Assembly (NCBI GenBank): GCA_963723005.1
Contig: CAVRPA010000008.1
Span: forward strand, 584,479-648,478
Reading direction: 5' to 3'
Source of the DNA: an uncultured Acidobacteriota bacterium
GTDB taxonomy: Bacteria; Acidobacteriota; Vicinamibacteria; Vicinamibacterales; UBA2999
DNA length: 64,000 nucleotides
In this document: in pieces, positions 30,989-40,645 of the stretch
Layout of the letters: every line of letters begins with the position of its first letter
Position numbering within the stretch: position 1 is the first letter of the stretch
The notes under the pieces: generated by a model
Told to the model about the DNA's origin: nothing
What the model saw: the letters and a program-made list of their open reading frames with translations, nothing else
Database searches by the model: none
Made by a program: the position numbers and the translations under genes

Positions 30989-31130
30989 CCGGTGGTCGCG
31001 CGCCGGTCCCACGCCCCCTCGCATCGTCATGACGTGCAACGGTAGCGTGCGACGTCCGCCGCGGCCATTGATCTGGATCAAGAACGGCAGGTGGCGGGCC
31101 CCCCAGATGCGGAGGCCCGGGCGCCGGCAG

Positions 31131-33543
31131 CTACTCCGCGCGCATCGCGATGACCGGGTCGATCCGCGTCGCCCGGCGCGCCGGCACCAGTCCGGCGATT
31201 GCCGCGACCACCATGAGGACGAGGAGACTGGCCAGGTAGGAGAACGGATCGGACGCCGTCACCTCGTACAGCAGCGAACCAAGCAGGCGCGACAGCACCA
31301 CCGCGGCAATGAGCCCGGCCGCTACTCCGGCCGTGACCGCCCCCATCGTGTCGCGGAGAATCAGGCCCACCACCGACCCCGGCGCCGCGCCAAGGGCCAT
31401 GCGCACGCCGATTTCCGGCGCGCGCGCGGTCACCGTCTGCGCGAGCACGCTGTAGATGCCCACGGCGGCGAGCAGCAGCGCCAGCGCGCCAAAGCCGCTC
31501 AGCAGAAGGACGGCAAACCGCTGATCCGCCACCGCCCGGCCGACCGATGCCTCCATGGTGGACAACTCCGCAGGCACGTCCGGATCGATCTGGCGCACCG
31601 CGTCGCGCATTCGCGGCACCACCGTCGCGACCGACACGCCCGGCGCCACCCGCGCCACCGTCGTGACGAAGAAGGCCATGCGCGCCGGCCGCTGCGGGTA
31701 GTGCACGTACACTTCGGGCGCGGCATCGCTTGCCAGCCGATGCCGCACGTCACCGGCCACACCCACGATGGTGAGCCAGGGATTGTCTTCGTCCATGCCG
31801 GCGAAGCGGATGCGCGCGCCGACGGGATCGCGGCCGGCGAAGTGCCGCGCGGCCATCGCCTGGTTGACGACCGCCACGTATTCCGCCCCGGCGACATCGC
31901 CTGTGCCGAACGTCCGACCGCGAACGATCGGGATGCCCATCGCCTGGAAATAGTCACCGGACACGACTCGATAGGAAGCGGATTGCGCCGTCCAGTTGCT
32001 GCTGATCTCGCTCCATTCCTGACCCTCGTGCAGGAACGCTCCGTTGGCGTCCTGCCCGCTGAGGGGAGGCGTGTTGATCAGGCCGGCGCGCTGCACGCCC
32101 GGCACCGCCGAAACCCGTTCGAGCAGCGAGCCATAGAACTGCGAGGCCCGGGCCGGATCGGCATAGGTATCGCCCGGCACCGTCGTCTGCATCGTCACCA
32201 CCCCGGACGCCTGGAAGCCGGGATTCACCGACAGCAGCGCGACGAAGCTGCGCACCAGCAGCCCGGCGCCGCAGACCAGCACCACGGCCAGCGCCGCTTC
32301 GATCGCAACCAGCGTCAGTCGCGCACGCGCGCGGCCGCCGGCGGCCATGCCGCGGCCGGATTCGACCATCGCGTCGCGCAGATCGGGCCGCGAGAAGCGG
32401 AGCGCGGGCCACAGCCCGAAGAGGAGCGGCGTCAGCGAGCGCCACGAGGACGCCGAACGCCACGACCGGGCCGTCGATGCCGACCTCATCGAGCCGAGGC
32501 AGCTGCGGCGGCGCCAGCGTCACGAGCGCCCGCATCAGCACGCTGGCGAGGCCCAGGCCGAGTAGCGCGCCGGCCAGCCCGAGGATCATGTTCTCGGTGA
32601 GCAGCAAGCGCACCAGCTGGCCGCGGCTGGCGCCCAGGGCCAGCCGCACGGCGAGCTCCTTTCGCCGATCGGTGCTCCGCGCCACCAGCATGCTGGCTAC
32701 GTTGACGCAGGCGCCGAGCAGCACCACCGCGACCGCTCCTAGCAGCACCAGCAGCAATGGACGAGACGCGCCGACGAGGCGCTCCTGAAGGCTGTCCACG
32801 GCGGCGTCGGTGCCGTCGTGGTCGTCACCGTGGGCAGCTTCGAGGCGCGCGGCGATGGCCGACATCTCGGCGCGGGCCTGCGCCAGCGGAACATCTCCGC
32901 GGATACGCGCCACGACCCGCAGGTTGTGGGCCGTGCGGCCCGACGCGTCGGGCACCCGCTCCTTCGGCGTCCACACTTCGGCGCCGGCCGGATACGCAAA
33001 CCCGGGCGGCATCACACCCACCACAGCGGCCACCTGTCCATCCACGCGGACGGTCAAGGCCTCGAGATCCTGGCGGCCGCCGAGCACGCGCTGCCAGAAG
33101 CCGTGACCGACGACCACCGCTGCCGCGCCGTGCTCGCGGTGCTCGTCCTCCGCGAACGCGCGCCCGTGCAGCGGCATCACGCCCATGGTGTCGAAGAAAC
33201 CGCCCGTCACCTGGTAGACGCCCGTCACCACGGGCTCCAGCCCGCCGATCACAGTGGCGCGGCCCCCACTCCACGCGAACATCGCCTCGAAGCTTCGTGC
33301 CGCGGCGATCCAATCTCGAAAATTCGGGAAGGACACCCCCATCGTCCTCGTGCGCGCGTTGGCTTCGGAGATCACGACGATGCGGTCGGCGTCCGGATAG
33401 GCGAGCGGCCGCAGCAGCACGCCATTGACGACGCTGAAGACCGCGGTCGTGCCGCCGATTCCAAGCCCAAGAGTGAGGATGGCGAGGAGCGCGAACATCG
33501 GGGTGCGGCCGAGCGAGCGAATCGCGTGGCGGAACTGGTCCAT
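31131..33543 (-). pseudogene. ADOP-family duplicated FtsX/MacB-type ABC permease with one frame disruption near 32440
   Basis: N-terminus 'FRHAIRSLGRTPMFALLAILTLGLGIGGTTAVFSVVNGVLLRPLAYPDADRIV' is typical of the acidobacterial duplicated orphan permease family. ORFs 31954..33543 and 31131..32489 are colinear: '...IDGPVVAFGVLVA' continues as 'LTPLLFGLWPALRFSRPDL'. Confidence 0.8.
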
Positions 33544-33616
33544 CGGGTGGCCCTCGTAAGCGTGAAGGGTTGGTGCCCAATGAGACGGGAGAGAAGCCTG
33601 AAGGGTTCATCGGTAC

Positions 33617-33654
33617 AAAAAAAGAGAGACGACAGGGAACCCCCGTCGTCTCTC
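33617..33654 (-). terminator. rho-independent terminator after the amidohydrolase gene
   Basis: Perfect 10-bp stem GAGAGACGAC/GTCGTCTCTC with an 11-nt loop. On the minus strand it is followed by a U7 run (plus-strand A7 at 33617-33623). Confidence 0.8.
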
Positions 33655-33674
33655 TCCGTAACTCGAACAGCGCG

Positions 33675-35357
33675 CTAGCGCTGCTGTGAGGTCGTGCTCG
33701 GCGCACGCCGCTTTTCGGCGGCCACGTCCGCGGCCACTTCGGCCAGCAGCTTCTGCGCGTCGTAGACGATGCCGTCCTTGACGGTGAACTTGACGCCGCC
33801 GACCTTCTCCTGGCGGTTGGTCTGCGGGTTGAGCCGCATGTGGCCGGTGCCGTAGAGCACCTTCAGGTTCGACAGCGGGTTCTCGCCGACGATGACGAGG
33901 TCCGCGAGCATCCCGGTGCGGACCACGCCCATCGGCGCCGCCTCGCCCTTCGGCTCGTAAAGGGTCTTCGCGCCCCACATCGTCGCCGAGCGGATGATCT
34001 CGAGCGGCGAGAAGCCGGCCTCGCGCAGCAGCTCCATCTCCTCGATGTAGGCGAAGCCGTAGGTCTTCCAGATGAAGCCGGAGTCGGTGCCGACGGTCAC
34101 CCGGCCGCCCATGTTCTTGTAGTCGTTGATCAGCCGCATGTAGCGCTGATAGAACATCTTCCACTGGTACTCGTTCTCGGTGGTCCAGTCGTAGAAGTAC
34201 GAGCCGTGGTTGTCGCGCGTGCTCTGGAAGTAGTTCCAGAGCTGCGGCATGGTGTAGGTCTGATGCCAGTCGGCGTTGCGCGCCCGCATCAGGTCGCGCG
34301 AGGCGGCGTAGATGTTGAAGGTCGGATCGAAGGTGACGTGGTTCGCCTTCTGGTGCTCGAGGTACTCGACCCATTCCTTCGAACCGGGCTCGTAGGTCTG
34401 GCTCCAGATGCGGGCGATGTCGCCGAAGCGATCCTGCTCGTTGTTGTAGTCGTAGCCGATCGGGTACTCCTGGATGGTCTTGTCCTTCAGGAGCGATTCC
34501 ATGTGGCCGTAGTAGTGGGTCACCGCGTCGAGGTGCGCGTCGCCGGCGTTACGGGCATTGAAGTTGGCGACGCCGTTCTGCGACAGGTGCGCGACCGTGC
34601 CCATCTTGTTCTTGTGGGCTTCGTCGATCGCCGCGGTGATGATCTCGGGCGTCTCGTCACCGCGATTGAAGAACTTGATGCCGTCGATGTTGTTGGCCGC
34701 GGCCCACTTCACCCATTCGCGGGCCTTCTCGGGCGAGGTCACCGGGCCGTTCGGCCAGCCGGAGCCCAGCGTCTGGTAGTTGATGATGCGGGGGGCGGCG
34801 ATCTCGTTCTTCGCCGAGCGGTCCTTCTCGGAACTGGACACCGCCGCCGACGACAGCGACACGCCGCGGACCGTGGTGACGCCGTGCGCCAGCCACAGCT
34901 TGTAGGCGTAGCTCAGGTCGGGCGCCTTGCCGGTCGTCGAGCCGTGGACGTGCATGTCGACGAACCCGGGCATCACGTACATGCCCTTGCCGTCGATCTC
35001 GAAGTCGGCGTCGCGCGGTTCGCGGGTGGCCTCCAGTGGCAGCCCCGGCCAGCCGGCCTGGCGGACCTGCGTGATGCGATTGCCCTCGATGACGATGTCC
35101 ATCGGGCTGAGGGGCGGGCCGCCGGTGCCGTCGATGAGGGTGACCCCGCGGATCACCATCTTCTTGAACGGTCCCTGTCCGTCGCCGGCCTTGCGCGCCG
35201 GCGCGGGCGTGTCGCCGGCGCCGCGTCCCTGGCGGGCCTGTGCCGCAGCCGGGGCGGGCGCAGGCGCCGCCGGCGTCTGCGCCGACGGGATCTGGCTGGT
35301 CGCCAGGGCCATACCGGCCACCAGCGCGGCGGCATGGATTGCAGAACGTGTCTTCAT
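33675..35357 (-). CDS. secreted metal-dependent amidohydrolase-family protein
   Basis: Signal peptide MKTRSAIHAAALVAGMALATSQIPSAQ. 'PGFVDMHVHG' is the HxH metal motif, followed by a long amidohydrolase-fold body. Confidence 0.8.
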   Translation of the reverse strand: MKTRSAIHAAALVAGMALATSQIPSAQTPAAPAPAPAAAQARQGRGAGDTPAPARKAGDGQGPFKKMVIRGVTLIDGTGGPPLSPMDIVIEGNRITQVRQAGWPGLPLEATREPRDADFEIDGKGMYVMPGFVDMHVHGSTTGKAPDLSYAYKLWLAHGVTTVRGVSLSSAAVSSSEKDRSAKNEIAAPRIINYQTLGSGWPNGPVTSPEKAREWVKWAAANNIDGIKFFNRGDETPEIITAAIDEAHKNKMGTVAHLSQNGVANFNARNAGDAHLDAVTHYYGHMESLLKDKTIQEYPIGYDYNNEQDRFGDIARIWSQTYEPGSKEWVEYLEHQKANHVTFDPTFNIYAASRDLMRARNADWHQTYTMPQLWNYFQSTRDNHGSYFYDWTTENEYQWKMFYQRYMRLINDYKNMGGRVTVGTDSGFIWKTYGFAYIEEMELLREAGFSPLEIIRSATMWGAKTLYEPKGEAAPMGVVRTGMLADLVIVGENPLSNLKVLYGTGHMRLNPQTNRQEKVGGVKFTVKDGIVYDAQKLLAEVAADVAAEKRRAPSTTSQQR

Positions 35358-35429
35358 GTGTTTCCTCGGGGTGAACGTAGTGCGGATTCGCCCCTTATTA
35401 GACCCCAATCGGCAGCCGCACGCGACACC

Positions 35430-36554
35430 TCAGCGCACGGGCGTCGCGGGACGGGCAGCGGCCACCGGCGGGGCAACGTTGATCCCGGCCCGCTTCAGCA
35501 GCGCGTCGAAGCCGGCCTTGTCCACCGCCTTGGAGATCGCCTCTTCAGGCGCCACCAGCTTCTTCGTCACCAGGTCCATCAACGCGTCGTTGAGGCTGAC
35601 CATGCCCGCGGCCTTGTTGACCTGCATGATCGAGGCGATCTGGAACGTCTTGCCCTCGCGGATCAGGTTGCTCACGGCCTGGGTGGCGATCAGCACCTCG
35701 AGCGCCGCTACCCGTCCGCCGCCGATCTTCCGGCACAGCGTCTGGGCGATCACGCCGCGCAGCGACTCGGACAGCATGATGCGGATCTGCGCCTGCCGGT
35801 CGGCCGGGAACTGGTCGATGATGCGGTCCACGGTGGACGCCGCGGTCGTCGTGTGGAGCGTGCCGAACACCAGGTGCCCGGTCTCGGCCGTTTCGATGGC
35901 GATCGCCACGGTCTCGAGGTCGCGGAGCTCGCCGACCAGCAGGATGTCCGGATCCTCGCGCAGCGCCGCGCGCAGGGCGCCCTTGAACGAGTCGGTGTGG
36001 GTGCCCACCTCGCGCTGGTTGATGAGGCAGCTCTGGTTCTCGTGCACGAACTCGATCGGGTCCTCGATCGTGATGATGTGGTCCTGTCGCACGCGATTGA
36101 CGTAGTCCACCATCGCGCAAAGCGTGGTGGACTTGCCCGACCCGGTCGGCCCCGTCACCAGCACCAGACCCTTGGACAGGTGGCAGAGCTGCATGATGTG
36201 CGGCGACAGGCCGAGCGTCTCCGCCGAGAGAATCTTTGCCGGGATGACGCGGAACACGGCGCCGGGACCGCGACGGTCCTCGAACACGTTCGAGCGGAAC
36301 CGGGCGAGCCCGGCAATCTCGTACGCGAAGTCGGTGTCGTGGCGCTCGGCGAACTCCTGCCGGTTCTTGTCCGGCACGATGGGTGCGAGCAGTTCCGTCA
36401 CCATCGGAGCGGTCAGCGGGGCCATCGCGGGGTCGAGCGGCTGCATGCGACCGTCCTTGCGGACCATCGGCGTCGCGCCAACCGAGAGATGGAGGTCGGA
36501 CGCACCGACCGCCACCATCGCGCGAAACAACGTATCAATTCGTGGGCTTTCCAT
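35430..36554 (-). CDS. pilT: type IV pilus retraction ATPase
   Basis: 'VTGPTGSGKSTTL' Walker A, 'ILVGELRD' Walker B and 'GHLVFGTLHT' His box, with the PilT-type AIRNLIRE-like 'AVSNLIREGK'. Confidence 0.9.
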   Translation of the reverse strand: MESPRIDTLFRAMVAVGASDLHLSVGATPMVRKDGRMQPLDPAMAPLTAPMVTELLAPIVPDKNRQEFAERHDTDFAYEIAGLARFRSNVFEDRRGPGAVFRVIPAKILSAETLGLSPHIMQLCHLSKGLVLVTGPTGSGKSTTLCAMVDYVNRVRQDHIITIEDPIEFVHENQSCLINQREVGTHTDSFKGALRAALREDPDILLVGELRDLETVAIAIETAETGHLVFGTLHTTTAASTVDRIIDQFPADRQAQIRIMLSESLRGVIAQTLCRKIGGGRVAALEVLIATQAVSNLIREGKTFQIASIMQVNKAAGMVSLNDALMDLVTKKLVAPEEAISKAVDKAGFDALLKRAGINVAPPVAAARPATPVR

Positions 36555-36556
36555 CG

Positions 36557-37048
36557 TCACTCTGGGATCTCACTGACTTCGACAATGTGCGAGGCGTTCA
36601 GCAGGCAGGTGCCGCTGGTGGTTTCGACGTACCGGAAGCGCCCCGGTTGGCGGGTCCAGTCGCTGAGGCGATCGTGCCCCTCGGGCCGGTGGACATGCAC
36701 CACGCCCGTGATGCGCTGGCCCGAAGAGAGGAGCAGGGAGACGGGCTGGCGGCGTGCCACCGCGTAACCCGAGTCGCTGCGGGCCTCGTCCTCAGCCAGC
36801 TCGACCATTAGGATGTGACTGGGGTTGATCAGGAGGGTCCGGGCATCCGCGCCGGCGTTCGACTCGAGGGGCAGGAAGCCGTCGTGCTTCTCGAGCAGTT
36901 CGCCGACCCGCTCCGGGCCCTCGTGCCAGGCGCTGACCCCGGCCACGAAGAAGCAGCCGTCGCGCCGTTCGCCGTTGGAGAGAAGAATCCGCGCGAAGGC
37001 GCGTTGCTTCTCGAACTGCAGGCCAGCCGAGCGATTGAGTCCACTCAT
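36557..37048 (-). CDS. hypothetical 163-aa protein made of two homologous ~65-aa halves, tightly coupled to pilT
   Basis: Its stop (36559..36557) lies 2 nt before the pilT ATG. Internal repeat: 'ILLSNGERRDGCFFV...ERVGELLEKHDGFLPLE...TLLINPSHILMVE' against 'LLLSSGQRITGVVHV...DRLSDWTRQPGRFRYVE...TCLLNASHIVEVSE'. Confidence 0.5.
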   Translation of the reverse strand: MSGLNRSAGLQFEKQRAFARILLSNGERRDGCFFVAGVSAWHEGPERVGELLEKHDGFLPLESNAGADARTLLINPSHILMVELAEDEARSDSGYAVARRQPVSLLLSSGQRITGVVHVHRPEGHDRLSDWTRQPGRFRYVETTSGTCLLNASHIVEVSEIPE

Positions 37049-37162
37049 CACTTCTGACTTATCGGCCGATCCCGTCCCGACATTGCACGGAATCTGCTGA
37101 TTCCGCACGGTCCGGCTGGTGATACCGTGAACCGCGGCAGTCCGCAGGACCCGGAGGGAACG

Positions 37163-37828
37163 ATGAGCGGCGTATTCGACGGACAGGTGGCGCTGGTGAC
37201 CGGCGGCAGTTCGGGTCTGGGCCGGACCGCGGCCGTGGCCTTTGCCGCCCAGGGCGCCCGCGTGGTGGTCGCCAGCAGGCGTTCGGGCGAGTCCGAGGAC
37301 ACGGTCCGGACGATCCGCGAGGCTGGCGGCGATGCCATATTCATCAAGGCCGACGTCTCGATCGCCGGCGACGTGGCAGCCCTTGTCGCGCAGACCGTTG
37401 CCCACTATGGCGCCCTCCACGTCGCCTTCAACAACGCCGGCATCGAAGGCGACCCGTTCGACTGCCGCATCTCATCGCCACCCGCGGCGCCATCGTCAAC
37501 ATGGCGTCGGTGGCGGGCCTGAAGGGCGGCCGCGTCGGCGTGGCGTACTACGCCACCAAGCACGGCGTGGTGGGAATGACCAAGGCCGCCGCGCTCGAAT
37601 ACGCCGGCCAGGGGGTGCGGATCAACGCCGTGGCGCCAGCAGTCATCCGCACCGACATGGCCGATCGGGCGTTCTTCCACGACGAGGCGCTTGGTGCGCG
37701 CATTACCGCGCTGCACCCGCTCGGCCGGGTCGGCACACCGGACGAAGTGGCCACGCCGTGCTGTGGCTGTGCTCGCGGCGTTCACCACCGGACACGTGCT
37801 GCCGGTTGATGGCGGGTATTTGCTTTAG
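37163..37828 (+). pseudogene. short-chain dehydrogenase/reductase remnant (internal deletion plus at least 2 frame changes)
   Basis: GGAGGGA RBS. '[12 protein letters not shown]' and 'NNAGI' are in frame 1. 'IVNMASVAG...[13 protein letters not shown]' (S, YxxxK) are in frame 2. 'AVLWLCS' and '[15 protein letters not shown]' are in two further frames. Only about 22 residues separate NNAG and IVNxxS, where about 45 are usual. Confidence 0.7.
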
Positions 37829-37976
37829 CCTCGCGCAGAATTGCGCGCTTGCGTGCAATCGCACCGACCGGTTCCCTCGCGCCGGCCCTACAGCCGAGGC
37901 CGGCTGCGGCCGATAAATGCAGTTCAAGAGGTCACGAAAGCGGCCGGCTGCCCCTCCGGGCCCGCCCGTGGTGCCC

Positions 37977-38354
37977 ATGAAGAACATCATCAAGATCCTG
38001 CTCGGGTTGGTCCTGGTCACTGCTGCCGTCCAGGGAGGACGGGCGGCGCTGAAGCACTACACGTTCGTCGACGCGGTCCAGGAGGCGATGCTGTTCGGCA
38101 GCAGCCGGAACGAAACGCAGATCGCCGAGAAAGTGATGGAGCTGGCGGGCGACTACCAGATCCCGCTGGACCCCGATCTCGTGTCGGTGACGCGCGAGCC
38201 GTTCCTGATCACCATCGACGCGCCCTACACCGACACCGTGAATCTGCTGCCCGGGTTCTACTCCCGAAAGTGGGACTTCGACGCCTCCGTCAGCGTGCGC
38301 CTGCTCGAGGACACCCGCCCGCGCGGCACGGCGCCGCGAGGCCGTCGACGGTAG
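37977..38354 (+). CDS. hypothetical small membrane-anchored protein
   Basis: ATG at 37977. N-terminal TM 'IIKILLGLVLVTAAV'. No motif recognised. Confidence 0.45.
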   Translation: MKNIIKILLGLVLVTAAVQGGRAALKHYTFVDAVQEAMLFGSSRNETQIAEKVMELAGDYQIPLDPDLVSVTREPFLITIDAPYTDTVNLLPGFYSRKWDFDASVSVRLLEDTRPRGTAPRGRRR

Positions 38355-38382
38355 AATCCCGTCCCCGGTTCCCGCCCTCTGT

Positions 38383-39006
38383 TCACCCCGCCAGAGCGGT
38401 GCGGATGCGGGCCAGGATTGCGGCAGCCTGGGCTGACAAGGCGTCGGCCTCGGCGGCGGTTTCCGTCCTGAACTTCTCCTCCGACCACGCGCCCAGGTTG
38501 ATCCGCACGTTGGCCGCGGCGCCCTCGCTCGCTGCGTAGAGCAGGCTGGCGGCCACGCCGACGTCGCTGGCCGCTGAGACGTTGCCGTGTTGCGCCACCG
38601 TCTCACCCAACCCCAGCGCGCGGCACGCGAGGCGCAGCGTCTGTAGCGGCACCTCGGTCGCGCCCTGCATTGCCCGGGCGATCGCCGCCTTTCGCGGCGC
38701 CTTGTCTTCGTCGGTGGCTTTCGGCAGCCGGTACGCCGCCATCACGGCGTCGAACGCCTCGGCATCACGATCCGCGCACACCTCGAGCGAGGCCCGCAGC
38801 GGCAGCAGTTCGGCGCGCACTCCGTCCAGCGCCGCGCGCGACTCGTCGGTGTTGGTGCGCGTCTTCGGCAGCCCGGCCACCATCACCAGCAGAGCGGCGC
38901 CCATCGCGCCCGCCACGGCGGACGCGGTGCCGCCGCCAGGAGTGGGCTCCGCACTGGCCAGGGCATCGAGAAACTGACTCAACGACAGAGACGAGAAGGT
39001 TTTCAT
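38383..39006 (-). CDS. cyclodeaminase/cyclohydrolase family protein (formiminotetrahydrofolate cyclodeaminase-like)
   Basis: 'FLDALASAEPTPGGGTASAVAGAMGAALLVMV' is the characteristic N-terminus of the FTCD C-terminal domain family. All-helical, 207 aa. Confidence 0.8.
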   Translation of the reverse strand: MKTFSSLSLSQFLDALASAEPTPGGGTASAVAGAMGAALLVMVAGLPKTRTNTDESRAALDGVRAELLPLRASLEVCADRDAEAFDAVMAAYRLPKATDEDKAPRKAAIARAMQGATEVPLQTLRLACRALGLGETVAQHGNVSAASDVGVAASLLYAASEGAAANVRINLGAWSEEKFRTETAAEADALSAQAAAILARIRTALAG

Positions 39007-39061
39007 GAGTGATGCGATCTCGTGATGTGGTGATGTGGTGAACTTGAGTGTGATCTCGGCA
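39007..39061. repeat. degenerate heptad spacer (GTGATGC GATCTCG TGATGTG GTGATGT GGTGAAC TTGAGTG TGATCTC)
   Basis: Read directly. Same GTGATnn/GATCTCG vocabulary as 4345-4490. Confidence 0.55.
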
Positions 39062-40309
39062 TTACGCCGCCATGCGGCCGTTCTTGATCACGCCGCCGAT
39101 GACGGGGGCGCCGACGCGGACCAGCTCGCTCAGCGGGCCTTCGATGATGACGGCGTCGAAAGGCTTGCCGACTTCGAGGCTGCCGCAGATTGCCTGACGA
39201 TCGAGCGCGGCCGCGGCGTTGATGGTCGAGGCGACCAGTGCCTCTTCGACCGTCATGTTCATGCCGAAGCAGGCGAGCGACATCACGAAGGGGATGGACG
39301 GCGAGAAGCCGCCGCCCGGGTTGAGATCGGTGGCCAGCGCCACCGCCACGCCACGCTCGATCAGCATCCGCGCAGGAGCGAAGCGGCCCAGCTTCAGGAA
39401 GAACGCGGCCGCCGGCAACAGCGTGGCGACGACGCCCGCCTGTGCCAGTTGATCGGCATGAGCTTCGTCCACGAAGATGAGGTGATCCGCCGACCGCGCG
39501 CCAACCCGCGCCGCTACGGCCGACCCGCCGCTCAGCGCCAGTTCGTCGGCATGGATGCGCGGCTTCAATCCGTTGGCCCGGCCGGCCCGCAGGATCGTTT
39601 CGGATTCCTCTGGCGTGAACACGCCCTGCTCGCAGAACACGTCACACCACTCGGCCAGCCCCTCGGCGGCGACGGCCGGCAGCATCGTGTTGACCACCAG
39701 GTCCACGTAGCGGGCCGGGTCGCCGCGGAACTCGACGGGGAACTCGTGCGCGCCCATGAACGTCGCGGTCAGTGACACCGGCTGCTCGGTGCCCAGCCGC
39801 CGGATCGCGCGCAACATCTTCAGTTCCGATTCGAGGTCGAGCCCGTAGCCGCTCTTCGCCTCCGCGGTCGTGGTGCCGTGCGCCAGCATCGCCGCCAGGC
39901 GCGGACGCGCCGCCGCGACCAGGTCGCTCTCGTCGGCCTCGCGCGTTGCCGCCACCGTCTTGATGATGCCGCCACCGGAGGCGGCGATGTCGGCATAGGT
40001 CGCGCCCGCCAGCCGGCGCTGCAGCTCGTCGCGCCGATCGCCGGCGAACACCAGATGGGTATGCGAATCGACGAAGCCGGGGATCACCGTGCGGCCGCGC
40101 CCGGAGACGACCGTGGCATCCGGCTTCAGCGACAGCTCGTGGCGGGCGTCCTGGGCCCGCCCGACGAAGACGATCTGCCCGTCGAACGAAGCCACCGAGG
40201 CCCGCGGCAGCGCGGCGATGTCGCCCTGGGCGGCGCCCGCCCGTGGCGCGGCGCCGGCGCAGGTCGCCACCATGTCGGCGTCTTCGATCAGGAAGTCGGC
40301 AGGGATCAC
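39062..40309 (-). CDS. hutI: imidazolonepropionase
   Basis: 'PGFVDSHTHLVFAG', 'KSGYGL', 'HADE' and 'ALATDLNPG' are HutI-type amidohydrolase motifs. Confidence 0.85.
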   Translation of the reverse strand: MIPADFLIEDADMVATCAGAAPRAGAAQGDIAALPRASVASFDGQIVFVGRAQDARHELSLKPDATVVSGRGRTVIPGFVDSHTHLVFAGDRRDELQRRLAGATYADIAASGGGIIKTVAATREADESDLVAAARPRLAAMLAHGTTTAEAKSGYGLDLESELKMLRAIRRLGTEQPVSLTATFMGAHEFPVEFRGDPARYVDLVVNTMLPAVAAEGLAEWCDVFCEQGVFTPEESETILRAGRANGLKPRIHADELALSGGSAVAARVGARSADHLIFVDEAHADQLAQAGVVATLLPAAAFFLKLGRFAPARMLIERGVAVALATDLNPGGGFSPSIPFVMSLACFGMNMTVEEALVASTINAAAALDRQAICGSLEVGKPFDAVIIEGPLSELVRVGAPVIGGVIKNGRMAA

Positions 40310-40575
40310 GCAGTCACTCCCAGCTTCTGCAGCGCGGCGTCGCGCGACAACCCGTCCACGCGCACGCGCTTGTTCCGCGACGTCGTCCCGCTGGTGATGG
40401 TGAGGGCCCGCCGGGGAAGGTCCAGCGCGCGGGCCAGGGTCTCGATCAGTTCCGCATTGGCGGCGCCGTCCACCGGTGCCGCCGCGATGCGCACGAGGAT
40501 GGCGTGGTCGCGCGTGCCGGCCACGCCTGCCTTCGAGGCGCGCGGCACGACGCGGACGGCCAGCTCGCAGGTCAC
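40306..40575 (-). CDS. yggU: DUF167 (YggU) family protein
   Basis: 89 aa. 'VRVVPRASKAGVAG......LVRIAAAPVDGAANAELIETLARAL' is the typical YggU pattern. Overlaps the hutI start by 4 nt. Confidence 0.8.
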   Translation of the reverse strand: MTCELAVRVVPRASKAGVAGTRDHAILVRIAAAPVDGAANAELIETLARALDLPRRALTITSGTTSRNKRVRVDGLSRDAALQKLGVTA

Positions 40576-40645
40576 CGTAACCGACTAGTGGAGCGTATCG
40601 ACGATAACTGTGGTGGTCAGCGGCATGCTCAGCCCATACATCCCA

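Noticed and set aside
33840-36767. 975-aa ORF on the plus strand, the second longest in the track
   Set aside because: It runs antisense to the well-supported amidohydrolase and pilT genes. Its translation is Arg/Gly/Asp/His/Val-rich low complexity with no motifs. This is a typical stop-codon-poor antisense frame of a high-GC genome.
36557-37048. PilZ-domain c-di-GMP receptor assignment for the pilT-coupled protein
   Set aside because: An RxxxR (RAFAR) is present, but I could not find a matching (D/N)xSxxG motif at the expected distance. The two-fold internal repeat does not fit a single PilZ barrel.
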